Assembly (NCBI GenBank): GCA_017447725.1
Contig: JAFSMX010000014.1
Span: 14,006 to 78,005, forward strand
DNA: 64,000 nucleotides
Reading direction: 5' to 3'
DNA from: Bacilli bacterium
GTDB lineage: Bacteria; Bacillota_I; Bacilli_A; RFN20; CAG-826
Within the stretch, counting starts at the first letter, position 1. Each line of letters begins with the position of its first letter. Shown piece by piece: positions 51,956 through 61,818 of this stretch. The notes below the pieces were generated by a model, which was given only the letters and a program-made list of their open reading frames with translations, ran no database searches and was not told the origin of the DNA. The translations under genes were made by a program, and so were the position numbers.

Positions 51956-52540
51956 ATGAAAAACATTCGCGAAATTATTGGAGAGAACCTCTCTGAGTTA
52001 AGAAAAGAAGCTAAATTAACACAACTTGAATTGGCTGAAAAATTCAATTATTCTGACAAATCTATCTCCAAATGGGAGAAGGGTGAAACACTCCCTGATA
52101 TTGTCACTTTAAACGAGCTTTGTGAGTTCTATGGAGTCACTTTAGACTACCTCACACACGAGGCAACACAAGAAAATAAAAAGAAATATAAAAAAGAATC
52201 ATCGCGTGATCACTACAACAAAATAATCTTAACCGCTTTAATGGTTTCTGTTATTTGGATGATTGCGACAATCATCTATGTTTGGTCATTAATTAAATTT
52301 AATAATGGTATTTGGATGGCATTTGTCTGGGGTGCTCCAGTTACATTCTTGTTCTTAACTATTGCAAACCACCGTTATTTCCATCAAAAAACACTTTATT
52401 TTGTTTTTACATCATGTTTCCTTTGGTCAACACTAGCAGCAAGCTTCGTACAGTTCTTAAGTGACCGTGTATGGACAATCTTCCTACTTGGTATTCCAAT
52501 TCAAGCAGCGTTATTCTTATACGGAAAAATGAAACACTAA
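51956..52540 (+). CDS. XRE-family HTH regulator fused to a 4-TM membrane domain
   Basis: N-terminal HTH LTQLELAEKFNYSDKSISKWEKGETLPD followed by 4 hydrophobic helices. Confidence 0.7.
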   Translation: MKNIREIIGENLSELRKEAKLTQLELAEKFNYSDKSISKWEKGETLPDIVTLNELCEFYGVTLDYLTHEATQENKKKYKKESSRDHYNKIILTALMVSVIWMIATIIYVWSLIKFNNGIWMAFVWGAPVTFLFLTIANHRYFHQKTLYFVFTSCFLWSTLAASFVQFLSDRVWTIFLLGIPIQAALFLYGKMKH

Positions 52541-52562
52541 AAAAGAGAGGTTAAACTCTCTT

Positions 52563-53276
52563 TTATTTTCCATATTTTCTGATGTTTTCCAGATGCTGCT
52601 CTCGCGACATCTTCACGCTCGCGTTTTTAAGTAATGAGTAGATCCGTCCCATCTCATCCACCGAGATAACTTTCTCCGTAAACTGAGACATAAAAGATCT
52701 AAAATCAGATAAGTTAATTACACCATCAATATTAATTGGTCGAGCATTGTTCTGCGCCATCACTATTACTGAAGTAATATGAGGCTTTTTACCGATAATA
52801 TCGTGAATAGCACGAATGTGCGTATCGTTTTGGAAACAAGGGTTACGACGGAGATTTCCATTGACGTTCCAGTACTTCTCTTGTCGACCACCTCTTACAC
52901 TACCAGACCAGTTTTTTACTTCAATGCAGAAGATTCCGGTTTCTCTGATTTCAATGAAATCAATCTCATGAGACATTCCATTTGTATCAACTAAATAGGT
53001 GTTCTTTAATTCGAAGTGCGGAACCTTGGCAAATGGTCCAGGGTTAAGATAGGAATGAATCTTTTCTTCGGCTTCAATACCTTTTAATTTATTTTCAACA
53101 TCACGAGAGATATCTTTTATTCTGGCCTTATTTTCTTCAGAAAGACGAGGTTTTTGCTGGGCTTTTTGTTGCTCTTCGTATTCTTCTTCATATCGACGAA
53201 TTCTTCTTTCATTCGCCGACCAAATCGAATACATGACCCATGCATCACCCCAATCAAAATTTCCATTAAATGACAT
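52563..53276 (-). CDS. NERD (nuclease-related domain) protein
   Basis: HEIDFIEIRETGIFCIEVKNWSG matches the NERD core; coiled-coil N-terminus. Confidence 0.65.
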   Translation of the reverse strand: MSFNGNFDWGDAWVMYSIWSANERRIRRYEEEYEEQQKAQQKPRLSEENKARIKDISRDVENKLKGIEAEEKIHSYLNPGPFAKVPHFELKNTYLVDTNGMSHEIDFIEIRETGIFCIEVKNWSGSVRGGRQEKYWNVNGNLRRNPCFQNDTHIRAIHDIIGKKPHITSVIVMAQNNARPINIDGVINLSDFRSFMSQFTEKVISVDEMGRIYSLLKNASVKMSREQHLENIRKYGK

Positions 53277-53286
53277 AAGCTACCTC

Positions 53287-54417
53287 TTACAATGTTGCCC
53301 AGAGTTGAACAGCTGTTTCTAAAACTGAATAAACACAGAAACCTAATCCAACAACAGGGATTACCATATCTATTAGTTTGTTCTCATAACTTCTTGAGTA
53401 TGAGAAAAGCATAATAATTGGAAGAATAAATAGCACTGGGAAGCATTTACCTAAACCAGTGGTTTGGACAACAGCTATTGCAGTATCTATTGGAATATCT
53501 CTTCTTGCAGCAAGAGATCCAGCGCAGATTGAAGCAATGATCGTATCTAAGATAATTGCTATTACTAAAACAACACACGTTAGAATGGAGAATTGCAGGG
53601 AATTTGCGTTTGTTTTTAAATATTCATCATATTCGTCTTCGCTGTGTCCTTTATTTAAATAACGGCGTTTTCTAATAGCGAAAATAAGAGTTAAAATAAG
53701 GAATGAAAACAAAAGTAATGGAGGTTTTGTGGTTAATAATGGGAAAATGTACCACGGAATAATAAATTCATCATTGAAGAAAACGTGGAGTTTAACATAG
53801 ATACATGCAAATTCATAAAGAACTGGGAGTAAGACAAATAAACGGAAAATAATTAGTTTTTTGCCTTTGAAATGTTTCTTTGGTTCGTATGTTAAGAATA
53901 AATACGAAAGAGAACATAACAATAAATCAATGAAGATGTTTAAATAAACGAACTTCGATGGGTTGGAGTTTAACAATGTTTCCAAGATCCCAGCCATGAA
54001 TGGATATGCTTCGTTATCGTATTTTGTTGTGACTGTAAAATAGAAGCGGAACACAAAGACATAGGATGCGATTAACATAGCTAAGGCCATTAATCCGTGG
54101 GTGAGAAGGATCTTTTTCATATTCTTATGGCTTCTCATAATAATGGAGAAGTTAGCGACCAAGAACATTGGAAGAGCTAGTGTTCCAATAATAGATAAGA
54201 CGTCACTAGCAGTTTTAATTCCTCCTCCAGCATGTTTAAAGCGAATAAAAGCTGAAAAAACGACCGACATCGCCATGCACATCATAAAAATCCACGCTAA
54301 GATACGCATATGTCGGTAGGATAAAGGTCCGCGATATTTAATATCGTAATCCTGATTATGAAGATGCCATTTAATTAAATGGAACCGATTCTTTTTGGCT
54401 TTTTGAGCTTTTTCCAT
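53287..54417 (-). CDS. Polytopic membrane protein of unknown function (376 aa)
   Basis: About 10 hydrophobic segments; 10-nt gap to the NERD gene. Confidence 0.6.
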   Translation of the reverse strand: MEKAQKAKKNRFHLIKWHLHNQDYDIKYRGPLSYRHMRILAWIFMMCMAMSVVFSAFIRFKHAGGGIKTASDVLSIIGTLALPMFLVANFSIIMRSHKNMKKILLTHGLMALAMLIASYVFVFRFYFTVTTKYDNEAYPFMAGILETLLNSNPSKFVYLNIFIDLLLCSLSYLFLTYEPKKHFKGKKLIIFRLFVLLPVLYEFACIYVKLHVFFNDEFIIPWYIFPLLTTKPPLLLFSFLILTLIFAIRKRRYLNKGHSEDEYDEYLKTNANSLQFSILTCVVLVIAIILDTIIASICAGSLAARRDIPIDTAIAVVQTTGLGKCFPVLFILPIIMLFSYSRSYENKLIDMVIPVVGLGFCVYSVLETAVQLWATL

Positions 54418-54504
54418 TGGATAAATTGTAAAGCATCATCTCTTTTTATTCAATATAGGTGATTTCACTTTATTAATAAATAATGTGAATCTATAATAAT
54501 TGTT

Positions 54505-55329
54505 ATGAAAAAGATTTTACCTATTTTAGTAAGTATCCTTGTGATTAGTGGATGCACCGCATCTCCTAAGAAACATAGACAATCTTCATCTACTGATGAA
54601 AGTTCATCTCAAATCATTACTTCTGGTGTTGCTCCAACTTCAGAAGGAACAAGTGCAACAAGCGCTGCTACTTCAGCCACAGCTAAACCAACAAGTGCGC
54701 CAACAAGCGCTTCAAAACCAACTTCAACTTCAACCAGTAAACCAACATCATCAAGCACACCAGTAAGTCCTCTTCCAGGTGAATACACAATGTTTGATGC
54801 TCCAACAAATACACCTATCGAGGTTACAACCACTTTAAGTGATCCAAGTGGTGATTCTTGGTGGAACAATGATTTAAGATATGAATTTCCGACCGAAGAT
54901 TGGTCTCATATTTATGGGCACAATCTAACCACACCGAAATTCTATGATAATGAAGCTGGCGGTTTAAAGATGGATCAAAAATATAAAGGTTTCCAAACTC
55001 CTTTATTCCACCACACCGGAGCCAAATTAGAATTCAATATCGGTATTTCTCAAGTTAATAATGCTAGTGGTAAACCTGATACAAGTGTTCCAACAGGTTA
55101 TTTCTTCTTCTATGACAAAAACGTAAACTATTTATCTAATTTAACTCACACCGTTGAACAAGAAACAATTACCGCTAAAACAACGAACCTTCACTTCTAT
55201 GTTACAGGTGAACATACAGTTGATGTAGCCTACTTCGAATTTAGACTTAATGCTCTTACTTTTAAGGGTAGTCAAAACTATAATTTTGGTATTGGAAACG
55301 TCAACGTTCATTCTTGGGAAAGAATATAA
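54505..55329 (+). CDS. Lipoprotein with a Ser/Thr/Pro-rich low-complexity linker
   Basis: Lipobox ISGC; a TSAPTSASKPTSTSTSKPTSSSTP linker. Confidence 0.65.
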   Translation: MKKILPILVSILVISGCTASPKKHRQSSSTDESSSQIITSGVAPTSEGTSATSAATSATAKPTSAPTSASKPTSTSTSKPTSSSTPVSPLPGEYTMFDAPTNTPIEVTTTLSDPSGDSWWNNDLRYEFPTEDWSHIYGHNLTTPKFYDNEAGGLKMDQKYKGFQTPLFHHTGAKLEFNIGISQVNNASGKPDTSVPTGYFFFYDKNVNYLSNLTHTVEQETITAKTTNLHFYVTGEHTVDVAYFEFRLNALTFKGSQNYNFGIGNVNVHSWERI

Positions 55330-55351
55330 AAAAATCCAGCAAATCCTGGAT
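55327..55351 (-). terminator. Hairpin terminator for the convergent lipoprotein gene
   Basis: Stem atccag...ctggat with a T-run on the minus strand. Confidence 0.4.
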
Positions 55352-55363
55352 AAATTGTGAATA

Positions 55364-55391
55364 ATGTCTGCAGATCGCGGACATTTTTTTC
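55364..55391 (+). terminator. Rho-independent terminator
   Basis: Stem atgtc...gacat followed by TTTTTTT. Confidence 0.5.
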
Positions 55392-55411
55392 GTTTCAATC
55401 AAACCATTAAA

Positions 55412-56035
55412 TTAGCTATTAATAACCTCAAGAATACTATTTTTAATACCATCCATATTTGAATCAAAAACATTTTTCATATCGTTTGTAATAAAAACGG
55501 AAACTAATTGATCTAAATCCTTGTTCACAAGGCAATAACGGTACCTATAGTCGATGGATAGATAATCAATAGCATTATAACGGTATACAATCGGATCTTT
55601 GTAATCTGGAATTAAGTTAGTCGAGATCCATTTTGCATTATCTTTATACCTAACCAACTTCCATTCTAGTTCATTGTTTATATTTATTTTCTTTTTGCAG
55701 CCAAATCCAACCAAAAAAGACGGGGTGTATTCAATGCTACAAGCGCGATAATAAATAATTTTTCTTTTAGCATTAGAGTGTTTAGAAAAATTTACTCCTC
55801 CAATTGTGTAAACAACATCAGAATCATTTATTTGAGGGATTATAAAATCACACATAATTGGTTTTTCTTCATAGTGGTAGTTATTTGAATAATCCCACGC
55901 TTGATCCATTTCTTGAAAACTTCCAAAAGTTACAGAAATATTTCCATGAGGACCTTTTCTACTGGCGCTTTTGTGTGAACATGAAAATAAGGAAGTCAAA
56001 GCTACCAAAAAAGTAATGACTCTTATGTACTTCAT
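55412..56035 (-). CDS. Lipoprotein (207 aa)
   Basis: Signal peptide plus lipobox LFSC. Confidence 0.6.
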   Translation of the reverse strand: MKYIRVITFLVALTSLFSCSHKSASRKGPHGNISVTFGSFQEMDQAWDYSNNYHYEEKPIMCDFIIPQINDSDVVYTIGGVNFSKHSNAKRKIIYYRACSIEYTPSFLVGFGCKKKININNELEWKLVRYKDNAKWISTNLIPDYKDPIVYRYNAIDYLSIDYRYRYCLVNKDLDQLVSVFITNDMKNVFDSNMDGIKNSILEVINS

Positions 56036-56058
56036 TATCTATATAATAATATAAAAAA

Positions 56059-57216
56059 TTAAACTGTTAAATCACCATCTTTTATCCAACCTAGTTTACG
56101 GAATAAAAGATCGATTCCAAAGACTAAAACAAGAGGTGCAGCAATCTCTAAAACAAAGATGCCAACCCAGGTTTGCCAGGCGCCAACACCCATTGATGCA
56201 ATGGTACCAATTTGACCAACTAAGCCAGCCGTTCCCATTCCAGCAGCACTTCCTAAACAATAAATCTTTAAAGCACATGTGGCGATTGGACCTAAGATAG
56301 CTGAGGCAATAATTGTTGGTAACCAAACAATTGGTTTACGAACAATGTTTTTAAATTGAAGCATGGATGTTCCAATACCAATTGAAAACACCATACTAAG
56401 TTTATTATCTCTACGAGATTGAATCGCAAAGCCAACCATTTGTGTTGAGCAGCCAACAACAGCAGCTCCGCTAGCAATCACTAATCCAGCATAATTTGGA
56501 TCAGCTAAAGCAGCTGCTACAGTCATACCTTCTGGAAGAAGGAAGATCATTGCTGCTATAGCAGCACTACTGATTGGAGCAGTTAAAGCCATACCCATTA
56601 AGACAGCAACGATAATCCCCATAAAGAATGGTGTGGCTGTTGTGCCACTATTCACAAGCCATTGCATCGCGTAAGTGACATAGATTAATGGGTAACGTAG
56701 ACCTAATGAAACAAGTAGACCAGTTAATGCTCCAGCAAGTGGAACAAGAATAATATCCGCACTAGTCTTCTTATTTAAGACATATTTAAAGAGCAGAACC
56801 ACTGCTAAACAAACAAAATAGATGGTGAGTGGATCACCGATTTTCATCATATTTGCGGTTGGATGGGCACTACTAGTGACAAAACCGGTTGTTAATGAGA
56901 AATAGGCTGCGACTTGTCCAACCGCGCCTAAAACGACTGTTTGAAGTGGGGTGAGTTTCATGGCGATGGCCATGCCAACACCAATCCCAGCACCAGTTAA
57001 GATTTGTAAAACATAAGAAAGACCGTTTTTGCCATTTCCTAAGACATCAAACATAAATTGACCAAATCCGGATGTGGAATCTTTAAAGAAACCACCGATT
57101 GTGGCAATGATTGTACCAATAATTAAAGTTGTAAAAAGTCCATAAGCCATTCCGTTAAGAGTGGTTATGAAGAGTTCTTTAATTTGCTTTCCAATGCTTG
57201 GTTTAGTTTCTTCCAT
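56059..57216 (-). CDS. Polytopic permease, possibly PTS EIIC-like (PTS_EIIC_2 family)
   Basis: 385 aa Gly/Ala-rich protein with 10 or more TM segments; the N-terminus IKELFITTLNGMAYGLF resembles stand-alone EIIC-family proteins. No EIIA/B partner nearby. Confidence 0.45.
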   Translation of the reverse strand: MEETKPSIGKQIKELFITTLNGMAYGLFTTLIIGTIIATIGGFFKDSTSGFGQFMFDVLGNGKNGLSYVLQILTGAGIGVGMAIAMKLTPLQTVVLGAVGQVAAYFSLTTGFVTSSAHPTANMMKIGDPLTIYFVCLAVVLLFKYVLNKKTSADIILVPLAGALTGLLVSLGLRYPLIYVTYAMQWLVNSGTTATPFFMGIIVAVLMGMALTAPISSAAIAAMIFLLPEGMTVAAALADPNYAGLVIASGAAVVGCSTQMVGFAIQSRRDNKLSMVFSIGIGTSMLQFKNIVRKPIVWLPTIIASAILGPIATCALKIYCLGSAAGMGTAGLVGQIGTIASMGVGAWQTWVGIFVLEIAAPLVLVFGIDLLFRKLGWIKDGDLTV

Positions 57217-57251
57217 GTGAATAATTATTATTCAGTCGTTATTTAACTGCA

Positions 57252-57296
57252 ACAAAAAAAGGGCCGCGAGGTTGAACAGGTTATTTTTGGCGGCCC
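57252..57296 (-). terminator. Terminator after the sigma/anti-sigma operon
   Basis: GC stem gggccgc...gcggccc followed by a T-run on the minus strand. Confidence 0.45.
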
Positions 57297-57354
57297 TTAT
57301 AGAAACTGATTAGGTTTCAACAAATATACAACTAATATTTTCTTTTTTATTGGA

Positions 57355-58341
57355 TTAAATAATTACATCATCCACTCCATCATAAGAATAGGTATGGATG
57401 GTTGATCGTTTATTATCGAGTTTAAGTTTAATTCCTTCGTAACTTTCAGCAGGATTTTCTGCTTGTCTACGGGAGTAGTTGATCGTGACTATAGAGGCGT
57501 TCTTTTCATGAATGAAACTACGTTCTTTTTCGACGGAAGTTAACTTATCATCATTAACAAATGATGCAGTAAATGTATTATTGACGTTTGATAAGGCAAC
57601 AGAGTTAGTTTTAGCGAGTTGTCCATCAATATCCATTTGGTGAGTAATAATGGTCTTTTCATTTAGCTCATGATGAGACAAGGTGTGAAGACAAGTATCA
57701 ACTCGATAAACAAAGGAAGTTGAGACAACATTACGGTTTACTTTTGCATTAATTTCACAAGGATAACAGTTGTCGTTTAAATTAATTAAACCTTCATATG
57801 TTCCACGTTCTTTAATCTCAGAGATGTTATCTTTGAGATAAATAAGAGTGTTATTCACACTTAATTGGTATTTATACATCACGTTATCAAAGCTAAAACG
57901 TGTCGAGTCAAAGGAATAATTAAATCCTTTGGCGTGGTTTTCATAATAACTATATGGAGAATAAACAGCATCGATATCCGTAGCAACTTTTTCAAATTCT
58001 TCCTGACTAATAGCGAGATTAAAAGCGCGGTTTTGGACTCCACCAGCATTATCAATATAATGATGAAGACTTAAATCACTAACTAAAGAGGTTAAAACAG
58101 TTGATCCATCAGATAAGCCTTTTGTGATTCCTTCAATATGAAGTGGCTTTGGATTAAGAATAAAGATAAATGCTGTTGCCACAGCCGAAGCTAGGAGGGT
58201 TGTAATTGTTGGAATGAAAATAAACTTCTTTTGAATACGATGTGGACGCTTGGTCTTAAAAGCTTCGAGAATTTTCTCACTAGATTGATTAATCGCATGT
58301 AATCGACTAGCATCATAGATTTTCTTTTCAATTTCGTTCAT
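57355..58341 (-). CDS. Anti-sigma factor-like membrane protein with an extracytoplasmic domain
   Basis: Overlaps the sigma gene; TM segment FIFIPTITTLLASAVATAFIFIL, then a ~260 aa extracellular domain. Confidence 0.55.
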   Translation of the reverse strand: MNEIEKKIYDASRLHAINQSSEKILEAFKTKRPHRIQKKFIFIPTITTLLASAVATAFIFILNPKPLHIEGITKGLSDGSTVLTSLVSDLSLHHYIDNAGGVQNRAFNLAISQEEFEKVATDIDAVYSPYSYYENHAKGFNYSFDSTRFSFDNVMYKYQLSVNNTLIYLKDNISEIKERGTYEGLINLNDNCYPCEINAKVNRNVVSTSFVYRVDTCLHTLSHHELNEKTIITHQMDIDGQLAKTNSVALSNVNNTFTASFVNDDKLTSVEKERSFIHEKNASIVTINYSRRQAENPAESYEGIKLKLDNKRSTIHTYSYDGVDDVII

Positions 58342-58876
58342 CTACTTGTCCTCCTTTCGTTAATTTCTTGATCGCATTATTGTATGTCCAAGTGACAGTT
58401 CCTAAAGGAATTTTTAATAATTTCGATATTTCGTCGTGCTTAAGTTCGTTAACAGCGTGAAGAATAACAATCGTGAATTCTTTATCAGAAAGTTTCTTCT
58501 TCATCAGTTTGAAGACTTCAGTGTCTTTTAGATCCATGATGTCTGGATCATCTTCACCACTAATTTCTTCAATATATTCGACGCTACTACGTTGCTCTTT
58601 CTTTAAATAATTCAGAGTAATGTTTTTACTCATCTCGATTAAGTAAGAGAGAATATTTCCATCTAACTTAATTCGTTTTGGCTTCTCCAGAAGCTTCATG
58701 TAGACTTCTTGGACAATGTCTTCACTGCTGGCTTCGTCTTTAAGAAGAGAATAAGCCATGAAGTAGACTTTTCTATGGGTTAAATCATAAAACTCATCGA
58801 AATAGTCAAGTTCGTTGTTTTGCAGCTTTGCAAGTAAAAACTGTAGGCGTTCCATGTTCAACCATATTATATACAA
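58328..58876 (-). CDS. ECF-type sigma-70 family RNA polymerase sigma factor
   Basis: Region 2 (DIVQEVYMKL) and region 4 HTH (HDEISKLLKIPLGTVTW). Confidence 0.75.
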   Translation of the reverse strand: MYIIWLNMERLQFLLAKLQNNELDYFDEFYDLTHRKVYFMAYSLLKDEASSEDIVQEVYMKLLEKPKRIKLDGNILSYLIEMSKNITLNYLKKEQRSSVEYIEEISGEDDPDIMDLKDTEVFKLMKKKLSDKEFTIVILHAVNELKHDEISKLLKIPLGTVTWTYNNAIKKLTKGGQVDERN

Positions 58877-58914
58877 AATATAATTTTTGTTTTATTTGAG
58901 TTTATTTATTTTTT

Positions 58915-58943
58915 CAACAGAAAAGGCCCACCGAAGTGAGCCT
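58915..58943 (-). terminator. Hairpin terminator
   Basis: aggcccaccgaagtgagcct followed by a T-rich tract on the minus strand. Confidence 0.4.
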
Positions 58944-58961
58944 CTTAGTTCTAAAACTAAA

Positions 58962-59429
58962 TTATTTAGCTTTTCTGAATAAGAATGCTGCACAAGCACC
59001 AAGAATGGTCCAAAGTGGGAAGATAATCACACCAGCACCGATCTTCACGAGGTCCTTAATTTCTTCTGGGATTGTAATACAAAGACCACAGATTGTGGCA
59101 ACAACAGCCATCAAAGCTGTTAAGCAGAGTAAGCAAACAACACACATATTGAGGTTGAATTTGACTTTTAATTTGCCAGCAGCTTGTAAAGCAGCACCGC
59201 AAGCACCTAAAACAGATAAACCACCAAAGATAATGCTAAGGAGCATAAAAACGTAGCGAGCGTTATAAGCAGCTTGAGCACCATCAGCGGTCCCTGCTTT
59301 AAGAATGTCGTAACCTGTAGTTACACTCGCGCCCATACCAAAATTAACAACGGAGAAAGCAAGAGCTAACCAGGCAAACATTAAGCCGAATGTTAAAACG
59401 GCAATGCAGCTAACCAAATATTTTTTCAT
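58962..59429 (-). CDS. 4-TM membrane protein
   Basis: 155 aa hydrophobic ORF. Confidence 0.55.
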   Translation of the reverse strand: MKKYLVSCIAVLTFGLMFAWLALAFSVVNFGMGASVTTGYDILKAGTADGAQAAYNARYVFMLLSIIFGGLSVLGACGAALQAAGKLKVKFNLNMCVVCLLCLTALMAVVATICGLCITIPEEIKDLVKIGAGVIIFPLWTILGACAAFLFRKAK

Positions 59430-59590
59430 TTAGTACCTTTTCCTTTCGTTTTGTATTATAGCAAATATTTGATAAGTGAATATCTATTTATTTTATCTAA
59501 GAAAATAGAGAGGATTACATAAATGTAAATTTAACCGAAATTTGCTGGTTATTCTTGATAAAATTTTGATTATTCTATTTAATGTAGAAG

Positions 59591-60028
59591 ATGCGAAAAA
59601 TTATTTTTGTTTGTCATGGAAATATCTGTCGATCTGTAGCGGCAGAATTCATTGCAAAACAGCTCTTAAAAGAGAAAAATAACCAGCAAATTACGGTTAT
59701 TTCTCGCGCAACCTCACGTGAAGAAATCGGAAATGATATTTATCCTCCAATGAAGAAAGCGTTACTTCGTCATGGAGTTAGTTTTGATCATCACGAGGCT
59801 AGACAAATCAGTCAGGAAGATTATGAGTGGGCGGATGAAATCTATTACATGGACAAGAATAATTTCAATTATCTTTCTTATCTATTAGATGATTATAAAA
59901 GAATTATTTATCCAATAAGTAAATACTCTCCTTTAATCCAAGAAATCGATGATCCTTGGTATACAGGAGAGTATGACTTAGTAATTAATGAAATCACACA
60001 ATGTGTGAAAGATATTTTATCTATCTAA
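59591..60028 (+). CDS. Low-molecular-weight protein-tyrosine phosphatase
   Basis: P-loop CHGNICRS (CX5R) and a DDPWY Asp loop. Confidence 0.85.
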   Translation: MRKIIFVCHGNICRSVAAEFIAKQLLKEKNNQQITVISRATSREEIGNDIYPPMKKALLRHGVSFDHHEARQISQEDYEWADEIYYMDKNNFNYLSYLLDDYKRIIYPISKYSPLIQEIDDPWYTGEYDLVINEITQCVKDILSI

Positions 60029-60904
60029 AATCTTTCTTCGATTTTTTAATATCTTCCGGTTTAACTTCTTTAAACTGCATCATCATGGAGACAACTTTTG
60101 TTTTCTCTTTGCCTGGAAGTTTAAAGACACGAACTAATTTATCTCCGTCTTGAATCCATTTATTAAAGACAAAGAAGCCTAAAACGTAGGAGATTCCTCC
60201 AACAACAAGAAGAGCTCCAAAAATAATTGTTGGGATCATCCATACTGGAACTCCACCCTTTTTAGAACTTGGATCACCAGGAGTAGCTTCTATAACGGTG
60301 ACAACAATACTGCCACCTTCAATATCGTTATGGTTTTTATCACCTTCTACTTTGTAGAAGATAGTGAATGTTCCATCAATTAAAACGGTTGGAACTTCGG
60401 TTGAATATTCACCTTCTGCTCCTTCTTTATAATAAATTGTTCCGCCAACAACTTCACCTGGATTAATTAAAGGAAAACCTTCATCTTCATCTGTTAACCC
60501 TTCAATCGCGGTAGGTGCAGTAAACTGACAATCAGCTTTTTCAATAATGCCAAAAGTGTAGTCTTGTTCGATATCAGCGTATCCTGCATTACCCTTAACA
60601 CGGTAATAGACAAGATAAACACCAGCATCAACTGCTGTTGGAATAGCGGTCGAATAAGTTCCATCTTCATCAAGCTTATATTCAACTGTACCAGTTGAGC
60701 AAACTCCAGCGGTAACTAATGGTTTTGGATTTCCATCGTAAGTAGCTAATGGGTAAACAGTGTCTGGAGTCTCATCGTAATGTGAAGGAATAGGATCACC
60801 GCATCTACTGGTTGAGCATCAATTTTTGGTTCAAGAAAAATCGATCCACCAATTAATGAAAGTGAAAAGATAGCAGCAATAAGGATCTTAATTCGACTCT
60901 TCAT
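60021..60904 (-). pseudogene. Frameshifted cell-surface protein (signal peptide + Ig-like repeats + C-terminal TM anchor)
   Basis: The ATG at 60904 encodes the signal peptide MKSRIKILIAAIFSLSLIGGSIF and then hits a stop at 60746. An overlapping frame is open from about 60800 to 60021 with no ATG, encoding repeated TVEYKLDEDGTYST...YYRVKGNAGY units and a TM anchor IPTIIFGALLVVGGISYVLGFFVF. The frameshift is at about 60790-60830. Confidence 0.5.
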
Positions 60905-60950
60905 GGGAAAATAATAACACAAATAAAGATTAATATGAACTTAATAAATT

Positions 60951-61607
60951 TCAGTTCATAGGAGACCTAATTAAATTTGGTAAAGGACGTGATTTGACCA
61001 TTTTTACACCTAAAACTAGGGTGACAATTGTAATCACTAGAACAGAGAAACTAGCAAGAGTGATCTCACTAGTGTCGCTCATGAAGTCAAATACTCCAAA
61101 AACGAGGGATTCGACACTAATAATTGTAATCAAACATTCAAAGAAGGATAGACTAGAGAAAATCTCTCGATATGGAGACCAGGATCTTCTTGATTTTTGT
61201 AATGATATAAAAGCACTCACAAATTTATATAAAGCATAGGCGACATAGATAAAGATTAACCATGAATGATTCTTAAACAAATCAGAAGGAGTTCTAAGTG
61301 AGGTAGCGAGAAATAATGCTGTGCATGAAAAATTAACAAGAATGAGGATAATTCCAGCAAAACGACAAAGTCGTCGTTCCTTTTTAAACTTCTTTTCAAA
61401 ACTATCTTTCTTCCTTACTCTCATCCATTGTAAAGCGATTAAGAAAAAGCGGAAAAACCCAGCAAAAAGGTAGTATCCGCCAAATAAACCAGATCCAGTA
61501 AGGATAGTGAAAACACCTAAACCAAGAGAAATAAATATTCCAAGAATATCGCTTCTCTTCATGTGTTTTTCGTTTCCGGTATCTAAAGGTTTATCAAACA
61601 TGCGCAT
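60951..61607 (-). CDS. Polytopic membrane protein of unknown function
   Basis: 218 aa; 5-6 hydrophobic segments. Confidence 0.55.
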   Translation of the reverse strand: MRMFDKPLDTGNEKHMKRSDILGIFISLGLGVFTILTGSGLFGGYYLFAGFFRFFLIALQWMRVRKKDSFEKKFKKERRLCRFAGIILILVNFSCTALFLATSLRTPSDLFKNHSWLIFIYVAYALYKFVSAFISLQKSRRSWSPYREIFSSLSFFECLITIISVESLVFGVFDFMSDTSEITLASFSVLVITIVTLVLGVKMVKSRPLPNLIRSPMN

Positions 61608-61625
61608 TTATTATACTGATTCATC

Positions 61626-61675
61626 ATTTAAATTAAACAAAAAAAGGATGAAGTCATCCTTTAAAAAAACACCTC
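61626..61675 (-). terminator. Tandem rho-independent terminators (minus strand)
   Basis: Hairpins acacctcaatagaggtgt and aggatgaagtcatcct, each followed by a run of 7 T on the minus strand. Confidence 0.5.
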
Positions 61676-61687
61676 AATAGAGGTGTT

Positions 61688-61808
61688 GATATTTGTCAAG
61701 CAGGCCAGCCTGATTAAGGGAGCGACTGAATCGTTAGAGGCCATCTATTAGCTCCACCCCTGCATCGCTGTCCACCCTATGGCTAGGGCGAGTCGTGGTC
61801 GACAGCTG
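61688..61808 (-). ncRNA. Candidate structured small RNA or 3'UTR element (unclassified; strand uncertain)
   Basis: A ~120-nt GC-rich island in an AT-rich genome, with multiple local hairpins (ccctatggctaggg; gctgtc...gacagc; tagatggcctcta). It has no ORF, is flanked upstream by an operator-like motif, and is followed by tandem terminators. Confidence 0.3.
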
Positions 61809-61818
61809 AATTTCCACC

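Noticed and set aside
41881-58943. Shared 13-mer caccgaagtgagc in hairpins at 41892-41905 and 58924-58943 as a dispersed repeat
   Set aside because: Both are short GNRA-type (cgaa) tetraloop terminator hairpins, so a coincidental stem match is plausible. There are only two copies.
60494-60685. 63 aa ORF
   Set aside because: Wrong frame inside the frameshifted surface-protein gene.
61688-61808. tmRNA, SRP RNA, RNase P RNA or tRNA identity for the GC-rich island
   Set aside because: There is no tag-peptide reading frame, no T-arm GGTTCGA motif, no SRP domain IV (GGAAGGAAGCAGCC) and no RNase P P4 consensus. It is kept only as an unclassified candidate.
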